Part shown: piece by piece, positions 1 through 5,432 of the stretch
How the letters are laid out: each line of letters opens with the position of its first letter
Position numbering within the stretch: the first letter of the stretch is position 1
Virus record (IMG/VR): IMGVR_UViG_2645728091_000014
Location: 1 to 11,289 of that record
Source of the DNA: a virus
Taxonomy: Duplodnaviria; Heunggongvirae; Uroviricota; Caudoviricetes
Length of the DNA: 11,289 bases
Strand: one strand, 5' to 3'
Translations under genes and position numbers: made by a program
The notes under the pieces: generated by a model
Databases searched by the model: none
The model's input: the letters and a program-made list of their open reading frames with translations, nothing else
Told to the model about the DNA's origin: nothing

Positions 1-249
1 ATGCGCACACAGGTTGTATTGCAAAAATGGGGTAATAGCATTGCCCTTCGACTAACGGGAAACCTTAAAACCGTTCCGGGTTTTTCAGTGGGTGATATCG
101 TCAACGTTGAAATTAGTGAAAAGGGGCTTTTTGTAGAAAAGCCTGCACGCCGTCGCCTGAGTGAAGCCGAATTACTCGCCGGGATAACGCCAGTTACAGC
201 GCACGCGGACGAAATTGCCCCCCCATTCAATGAGGAGGTTGATTACTGA
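1..249 (+). CDS. MazE/PemI-family antitoxin (SpoVT/AbrB-type)
   Basis: 82-aa ORF starting with ATG at base 1. N-terminal K-W-G-N-S-x-A-x-R motif is typical of MazE/PemI/ChpS antitoxins. Stop TGA (247-249) overlaps the ATG of the downstream toxin gene (TGATG). Confidence 0.8.
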   Translation: MRTQVVLQKWGNSIALRLTGNLKTVPGFSVGDIVNVEISEKGLFVEKPARRRLSEAELLAGITPVTAHADEIAPPFNEEVDY

Positions 250-593
250 TGTTTGTACCTAAGCGTGGTGATATTTGCTGGCTGGATTTTGAGCCGCAGA
301 AAGGAAAAGAGATCGGAAAGTATCGCCCGGCACTCATACTGTCCCATGAGCAATATAACCGACTCACCGGGCTTGTCATATGCTGCCCCATAAGTACGAG
401 CATACGAAATGCTCCCACAGAAGTTCCGGTAACAAATCTGGACGCCCCCAACGTTGTAGCAACCACACTCATTCAAACCCTTGACTGGCGTCAGCGGAAA
501 GCGCGCTTAATCACAGAGGCAGAAGATGGGGTATTTAATGATGTGCTTGAAAGAGTCATTACCCTGATTGGCGGAGAGCATCTGCTTAAGTAA
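249..593 (+). CDS. MazF/PemK-family mRNA interferase toxin
   Basis: 114-aa ORF with the family-typical N-terminus (P-x-R-G-D-I-x-W-L-D-F-E-P-x-x-G-x-E-x-G-x-x-R-P-A-L-I-L-S), comparable to MazF/ChpBK/PemK. Start overlaps the antitoxin stop. Confidence 0.85.
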   Translation: MFVPKRGDICWLDFEPQKGKEIGKYRPALILSHEQYNRLTGLVICCPISTSIRNAPTEVPVTNLDAPNVVATTLIQTLDWRQRKARLITEAEDGVFNDVLERVITLIGGEHLLK

Positions 594-597
594 AAGG

Positions 598-615
598 AGG
601 GCTGAGAAGCCCTCA
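598..615. terminator. GC hairpin between convergent genes (possible bidirectional terminator)
   Basis: GAGGGCT (598-604), loop GAGA, AGCCCTC (609-615), lying between the toxin stop and the stop of the minus-strand 423-aa ORF. The T-tract is weak on both strands. Confidence 0.35.
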
Positions 616-636
616 ACGTTACCGGAAATTTCCTTG

Positions 637-1908
637 CTATTCTTTCCAGTCAATCCCATCCAGTAAGCACCCTGCTTCATATTGCCCCACCACCCAGTCA
701 AGGTTACAGGACTCATAGAACGCGAGGCGATTATACTGAGGCTCGTTTTTTACCAGGCCACGAACGGAACCACGCTGCCAGTACAGACACAGATTGGCAA
801 GAGGTGTGATCAATACAGCATTGTCCGGGAAAAATGGAACGGTCACAGCCGGGAGATTCCCCAGAACAGGATTTTTAATGATTTCCTCGTTAAGCAAAAT
901 TTCCTGATTCATCTGCGATGGATCAAGACGGTTTATCAAAGGCCATTGCTTACGGACCAGCGTATTGTGACTGCATACGGCCACAATGCCTTCCTGCCAC
1001 TGTTCATCAATCATGGATTGCCAGGCATCCAGAACGAGCGCATCTATCGTATGGTGTGTACCGCGTGTATTACTTTTCGGTGATGAAACAGAAAGGCCGC
1101 TGATAACCCTTCCCGCCGCTTCATTTCGAAACTTCTGCAACCAGCCCACGCCGCAATCATCACGCCCCGGATATGTTCCGGGATCTGATGTATCGGCATA
1201 GTGCGTACCGTTAAAACCAATCTGAATCAAATCCAGCCATTTCCGGCGTTCAAAAGCAGCCCGTGCGCTTCCTTCAAGACCGTTTGCGGATGCGTGAGCA
1301 TCAACATTGTCGTAGTTCAGCGCAAAATCAAAATTAACCTGCTCGCAGCGGTAGCCCCTTGAAACCAGTGAATGCGCCTGTAGTGGCGAACGGCGCGCGT
1401 GAGACGGTGATGTGCGTGCCAGCGGCCCCGAAGCGTCTACCAGCACAACCCGACCTGATATATCCGTAACAGGCACGGGAGTTATTTCAGCAAGGAAATT
1501 TGCCTGCCATCCACTGGCAAGCGTTGCACTCTGGCGGGGAACAGGCTCAACTTCTGATGAATAGCGCGCAGTGTCATCGGAAAAGTGCAAGTCCTTCGGA
1601 TGCTTTCCGGTTATCGACTCGATAGCGAGATTGAAAGCTATCTGAGACTGTTGATTTCGTTGTGACACAACAGAACCAGCAGTGCGATTATAACGCTCAA
1701 TGCCGTTGTTATTGCCCTCACCGTTTGCAGAATGCAGGGTGTGAAGCTCGAGTTCGCGCTCCAGTTTTTGATATTCATTGTCCAGGGCGCGACGGGTTTC
1801 ATCGCTTATGCCTGCTGTATTTGCTTTCAGGCGATTCCGGGACATTGATCCCCTGAGTCGGCTCACTATATCAGCGACGTGCAAATGTGGAATGTTCAGA
1901 CCGCCCAT
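637..1908 (-). CDS. hypothetical protein ORF2 (423 aa), function unknown
   Basis: Long minus-strand ORF. Preferred start is the ATG at 1908-1906, which overlaps the TAA stop of ORF1 (minus-strand TAATG) and is preceded by GGGGGTGG. The track's 470-aa version starts at 2049 and would overlap ORF1 by 141 nt. No Walker A, CxxC or other motif recognised by eye. Confidence 0.7.
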   Translation of the reverse strand: MGGLNIPHLHVADIVSRLRGSMSRNRLKANTAGISDETRRALDNEYQKLERELELHTLHSANGEGNNNGIERYNRTAGSVVSQRNQQSQIAFNLAIESITGKHPKDLHFSDDTARYSSEVEPVPRQSATLASGWQANFLAEITPVPVTDISGRVVLVDASGPLARTSPSHARRSPLQAHSLVSRGYRCEQVNFDFALNYDNVDAHASANGLEGSARAAFERRKWLDLIQIGFNGTHYADTSDPGTYPGRDDCGVGWLQKFRNEAAGRVISGLSVSSPKSNTRGTHHTIDALVLDAWQSMIDEQWQEGIVAVCSHNTLVRKQWPLINRLDPSQMNQEILLNEEIIKNPVLGNLPAVTVPFFPDNAVLITPLANLCLYWQRGSVRGLVKNEPQYNRLAFYESCNLDWVVGQYEAGCLLDGIDWKE

Positions 1909-2618
1909 TACTGCCACCCCCGGCAGAGTTCTCTGCCCTCCGCAAGGTCGCGCATTTTTTCTGAATTCTGTCGCGCTGCGCTCCATTGTACAGGTGAAGG
2001 GGCGCTCCTGATTGCGCAGCTTACTGAATCCGGGAGTTTCTCCGGGCAATAACGCAGCGGGCTGGAGGTGTCGCTTTCGGTATCGTTAATCCGGCCGCGA
2101 ATCATCCCGACACTTTCAGCAGTATCTGCCGCTTTCAGTGTTTCGCATATTTTCTTTTCTGCGTTATACAGCGGCTGGCCAAGCAGCTCACATAAACCAC
2201 GAATCAATAACAGAACAGGGGTCAGCTCGTTAATCAGTTCGGGAAGTGCTTTTGCAAATATCTCTGCCCGCAACTTATTATCAATACTTTCGTAAGCACA
2301 ACCAGCCTCTGCCGCGTTATAACGACACTCCAGTAGCCTGATGCGCGCCTCATCATGCAGCACCCGCAGACGCTCAAGATTTTCTCGCGCCACACCCGCC
2401 TGAATGGATAATTTCGCGGAGGCTTCCGTTTTTACTCCCAGCGCAGACAGGATTGAGTTCTGCCAGTCACGATCGAGAGACTCCAGTTCCCCTTTCGTCT
2501 GTTCGATAGTCGCTTCCAGATTGGTGACTAATGATTCCTGTTCACTGAGTTTTGCCCTGGCAGTATCAAACCGTGCTTTACATACCTGATGTTCGGCGCT
2601 TGCCTGAGTTATATCCAT
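1908..2618 (-). CDS. hypothetical protein ORF1 (236 aa), predicted helical; possibly Psu-like
   Basis: ATG at 2618-2616 preceded by AGGAG with a 6-nt spacer. N-terminal half is rich in heptad-like charged/Leu segments. Weak resemblance to my recollection of P4 Psu (N-terminal FDT, central A-L-x-P-E-L...E-L-T), unverified. Confidence 0.7.
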   Translation of the reverse strand: MDITQASAEHQVCKARFDTARAKLSEQESLVTNLEATIEQTKGELESLDRDWQNSILSALGVKTEASAKLSIQAGVARENLERLRVLHDEARIRLLECRYNAAEAGCAYESIDNKLRAEIFAKALPELINELTPVLLLIRGLCELLGQPLYNAEKKICETLKAADTAESVGMIRGRINDTESDTSSPLRYCPEKLPDSVSCAIRSAPSPVQWSAARQNSEKMRDLAEGRELCRGWQ

Positions 2619-2627
2619 TATTTGCTC

Positions 2628-2728
2628 CTGTAATACATTTTTTACTTACGCCGATTTTTTCCATATTGCGTAATACATTCCAGCCGATTTTGTTCTCGTA
2701 ATACGCTCACAATACTGTTGTATTACGC
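2628..2728. promoter_or_regulatory. divergent control region with four GTAWTAC heptamers
   Basis: GTAATAC at 2630-2636, 2670-2676 and 2698-2704; inverted GTATTAC at 2720-2726. Lies between the starts of ORF1 (minus) and the RHH gene (plus). The ORF1 ribosome-binding site abuts the first copy. Confidence 0.45.
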
Positions 2729-2782
2729 TTTCTTATATCGCGGGTGTTAAATCCCGGCATAAACAATCAGGGAGGCAACACG

Positions 2783-3016
2783 ATGAAAAAACAAAAGAAA
2801 ATGCGATGCGTATTACGCTGTATTCGTATCCCGCACGAAATCGACCATAAAATAAATCAGATGTGTGAGGACAGAGAGATGAACTACTCCCAGTGCGTCA
2901 GAATGTTTATCAGTCAGGGAATTAAGGCCGGGGAAACGCAGGAAGAAGACCGTGACGGGCGCAATGTGGCGGGGGATGTGTGGGCCTGGGCAAATGACCA
3001 GAACCACACGACGTAA
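2783..3016 (+). CDS. putative ribbon-helix-helix (Arc/CopG-like) DNA-binding protein
   Basis: 77-aa ORF from ATG 2783 preceded by GGGAGG with a 7-nt spacer (the track's 2744 start is a GTG without an RBS). Residues VLRCIRIP then two helices (EIDHKINQMCEDREM, NYSQCVRMFISQG) fit the beta-strand/helix/helix pattern of Arc/MetJ/CopG repressors. Confidence 0.55.
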   Translation: MKKQKKMRCVLRCIRIPHEIDHKINQMCEDREMNYSQCVRMFISQGIKAGETQEEDRDGRNVAGDVWAWANDQNHTT

Positions 3017-3066
3017 TACAGCAATAACGCAGCCGGTCACACTCGCTGGCTGTGTTATACAAATCA

Positions 3067-3249
3067 CTATGAAGTTTTCGCCTTCCTGCGCTTAGTGATG
3101 CGTACAAACGACTCAAGCGTACAAAAACAAGCCCCACACTCAATATTATTGCACTGGTAATACGTTCTGTAGATGTTTTGTTCGTGTTCTTCCAACGAAC
3201 GACCACGGGTGCGGGCTGAAGCGCCACAGGCCGGGCAAGGGAAAGACAT
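3067..3249 (-). CDS. ogr: Ogr/Delta-family zinc-finger late-gene transcription activator
   Basis: 60-aa ORF with C-P-x-C...A-R-T-R...Y-x-C-x-N-x-x-C...F-x-T-x-E-S, matching the Cys4 pattern and spacing of P2 Ogr / P4 Delta. AGGAG 6 nt upstream of the ATG. Confidence 0.8.
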   Translation of the reverse strand: MSFPCPACGASARTRGRSLEEHEQNIYRTYYQCNNIECGACFCTLESFVRITKRRKAKTS

Positions 3250-3283
3250 ATCACGCTCCTCTTACTGGTGTGAAATTTAACCT

Positions 3284-3289
3284 ATTATA
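3284..3289 (-). promoter_or_regulatory. candidate -10 hexamer (TATAAT on minus strand) for ogr
   Basis: Perfect TATAAT on the minus strand about 35 nt upstream of the ogr ATG. No convincing -35 at 17 bp, so activator dependence is possible. Confidence 0.3.
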
Positions 3290-3610
3290 TCTTCCGCCGC
3301 CTCCTCTGGCTGTATCAAATAAACCCGCAGCAGTCGCCGCGTATTACGCACGGGCGCACCGTTCTCATGCTCACTCGTCACATTCCCCGTATCAGTTCTC
3401 TCTTGCCGTAAGAACGGCTCTGGCTGGCGATAAAACTAACCCGGTCGGGCATTCCCGCAGCCTTTAGCGAAAATGTCATTTACCCCCTGAAACGCGTGCT
3501 GTTCCCCCGTCACCTGCGCGCGAAAAACTCACCGTTTTTTGTGCACGCACGAAATCGCCCTCCGGGCGCGCCAGTACTGGGCCGGATGGGCAAAAAGTTA
3601 CTCTAAAAAA

Positions 3611-3637
3611 TTGTGCAAATTTGTGCACTTTTGTGCA
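3611..3637. repeat. three direct TTGTGCA repeats at exact 10-bp phasing
   Basis: TTGTGCA at 3611-3617, 3621-3627 and 3631-3637; a fourth copy at 3539-3545. Two copies extend to the palindrome GTGCAC. Confidence 0.6.
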
Positions 3638-3862
3638 GATGAACAATAGCGTCAAAAAGAGTGCTTTTGAGAGATTTTTTATGGCAACTGCGCCGCGTGT
3701 ATTACGTTTTTTACCATCCCCGCCGTGCATGTACATACTTCATTTTCTGCCAAACAACAGGGCAACTCCCCGTGACTGACAGCCCCAAAAAATCAATGAT
3801 TAATGTTGCATTTTTGTTAGAGATTAGACCAGTTGTTTTGGGGCTCTGCCTCATAATCCGGT

Positions 3863-4179
3863 GGGGGGTGCGCAAAGCGGTTACAACGGTTACAACAGTT
3901 AAAAACACAACTTAACAGTATGATTTTAATGGATATTGTTTGTAACCGCTTTGCGGTTACACTGCGGTTACAACGGTTACAGGTTTCAAAAAGCACTTTA
4001 TTATCAATCAATTAAAAACTTAACCTGTAACCGCCTGTAACCTAACAAAACGGTTACATGTAACCGCGTTGTAACCGCTTTTGTAACTCATCCGACCAGT
4101 TATAATATATTGATATATAATACAAAAATAAGTAATTCTAAATTTGTAACCGTTGTAACCGCTTTGCGCATCCCCCCCC
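3863..4179. repeat. iteron array bounded by a perfect 27-bp inverted repeat; putative ori/crr-like or att-arm region
   Basis: 3869-3895 (TGCGCAAAGCGGTTACAACGGTTACAA) is the exact reverse complement of 4144-4170, extended by G6 (3863-3868) / C8 (4172-4179). At least 13 GGTTAC/GTAACC hexamers lie between, as direct repeats (3878-3895, 3953-3981, 4024-4043) and palindromes (3941-3961, 4051-4066). An AT-rich stretch sits at 4100-4143 and an IHF-like WATCAANNNNTTR match at 4002-4014. Confidence 0.6.
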
Positions 4180-4366
4180 AAACTTTAGCGCGACCCTTTA
4201 AAATGTTAATTAAACTCACTTACTCTGTCTCATTCTCATTAACTCTCTGTGATTAAAATGTATCTCGTCATTATTTGACTCTTTCTGATAATCAGGGGGC
4301 AAAAAATTGATGGCGGCACCACTGCAATATGGCCACCATTGCATTGCCGTTACCGTTGGTTCTGGC

Positions 4367-4397
4367 CAACAAAAAAGGTCAGCGGGAAACTGACCTC
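4367..4397 (-). terminator. rho-independent terminator downstream of int
   Basis: Stem GGTCAG (4377-4382) / CTGACC (4390-4395) with 7-nt loop. On the minus strand it is followed by TTTTTGTT, 30-60 nt after the int stop. It is also T-rich on the plus side. Confidence 0.6.
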
Positions 4398-4425
4398 TTT
4401 TGCTGTGAATGTAGCGTTCTGCGGG

Positions 4426-5430
4426 TTACTCTGCTGGCTCTTTTTCTTCGATGATCACTATGTTGGCTACCGGGTTAAATCTCATGGCATCTGCCAGATA
4501 ATCCGGTGCAAAATGTGCGTATGCCATAGTCTGCTGAATTGTCGCATGCCCAAGGATTTTTTGTAGCGCAAGAATGTTGCCACCGTTCATCACAAAGTGA
4601 CTGGCGAATGTATGCCGCAATACATGCGCAGCCTGCCCCCTCGGTAAATCGGGTTTTATTTTTTTTAATGCCCGGCAAAACTCTCTATACTTCACATCAA
4701 ACAGTCGCCCGGTTTCTTTTGTTTTTACGGCATCGCATATTTCCTGCGACACAGGCACCGTTCTTTTTCTACCGTTTTTGGTTTCCAGAAACGTTATTCT
4801 ATTATGAACTATTTGCTCTCCATGCAATCTGCTGGCCTCACTCCAGCGGGCTCCGGTACATAGACACAAGAGCGCAACCCTTCGTTGATCTCCATTCAGC
4901 CCGTCAAGCAACAATGTGACCTCGTTTTTTGATAAAAAGGCCATTTCCCGCTGCTTTACATAAAGAACAGGAATACCACGAACCGGATGCTCTGCATCCC
5001 ACAAACCGATCTTTTTCAGGGCTGTAAACATCCCCGATAATCTGTTCATGTATCTGTTTGCTGAGGACGGCTTTAATCCTTCCGCAATTTTCTGCGATCG
5101 CCATGCAATGATTTTTAATTTGTCGAGTTCTACCGCAAACATGTCAGCTCCAAGCTCATTAATAATTTTGCCAAGCTGCTGTTTATCCGTGTTTGCCTTT
5201 CGCCTGTGCTGACCGTGATAAACCCACCACAATTCCAGTAAATCGCTAAGCGTTCTCCGGTCGCGATAGCCCTGTATAAACTCGCGCTTTTCGGCGTTCG
5301 CTATGATGTACCGTTCAGTTGCTGTAGCTATCGATTTTTTGTCAAATATTCTTCTGATGCGCTTCCCTTTACGTCCGCATGGCCTGATATCGAGCAGCCA
5401 CCGCCCATCATGCATCTTTCTGATCGGCAT
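4426..5430 (-). CDS. int: tyrosine recombinase / phage integrase (P2-type)
   Basis: C-terminal H-x-L-R-H-T...L-G-H...Y catalytic motifs. N-terminus (DGRWLLDIRPCGRKGKRIRRIFDKKS) resembles P2/186-type integrases. Preferred ATG at 5430 lies 2 nt after the primase stop with AAGGAGG upstream; the alternative ATG at 5466 adds 12 aa. Confidence 0.9.
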   Translation of the reverse strand: MPIRKMHDGRWLLDIRPCGRKGKRIRRIFDKKSIATATERYIIANAEKREFIQGYRDRRTLSDLLELWWVYHGQHRRKANTDKQQLGKIINELGADMFAVELDKLKIIAWRSQKIAEGLKPSSANRYMNRLSGMFTALKKIGLWDAEHPVRGIPVLYVKQREMAFLSKNEVTLLLDGLNGDQRRVALLCLCTGARWSEASRLHGEQIVHNRITFLETKNGRKRTVPVSQEICDAVKTKETGRLFDVKYREFCRALKKIKPDLPRGQAAHVLRHTFASHFVMNGGNILALQKILGHATIQQTMAYAHFAPDYLADAMRFNPVANIVIIEEKEPAE

Positions 5431-5432
5431 GT

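Noticed and set aside
637-2049. 470-aa version of ORF2 starting at 2049
   Set aside because: It would overlap the ORF1 3' end by 141 nt in another frame. The internal ATG at 1908 gives a TAATG stop-start junction with an upstream G-rich RBS.
3019-3066. Hairpin CAGCC...GGCTG between the convergent RHH and ogr genes as a terminator
   Set aside because: Only a 5-bp stem with a 13-nt loop and no T-tract on either strand.
3270-3915. ORFs in the non-coding hub: 3270-3467 (+), 3476-3736 (-), 3661-3915 (+), 3711-3908 (-), 3817-4011 (-)
   Set aside because: No ribosome-binding sites, low-complexity translations, and they overlap the repeat motifs and each other. Treated as non-coding.
3863-4179. Possible CRISPR array, suggested by the many short GGTTAC-containing repeats
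   Set aside because: Repeat units are only 6-9 bp, occur in both orientations, have irregular spacing of 9-30 bp, and form palindromes. This fits protein-binding iterons, not CRISPR repeat-spacer architecture.
4180-4425. tRNA gene adjacent to the integrase as an integration target
   Set aside because: No T-loop-like GTTCGA/TTCGAAT motif or acceptor-stem/CCA arrangement found on either strand. The attachment site cannot be identified from this window.
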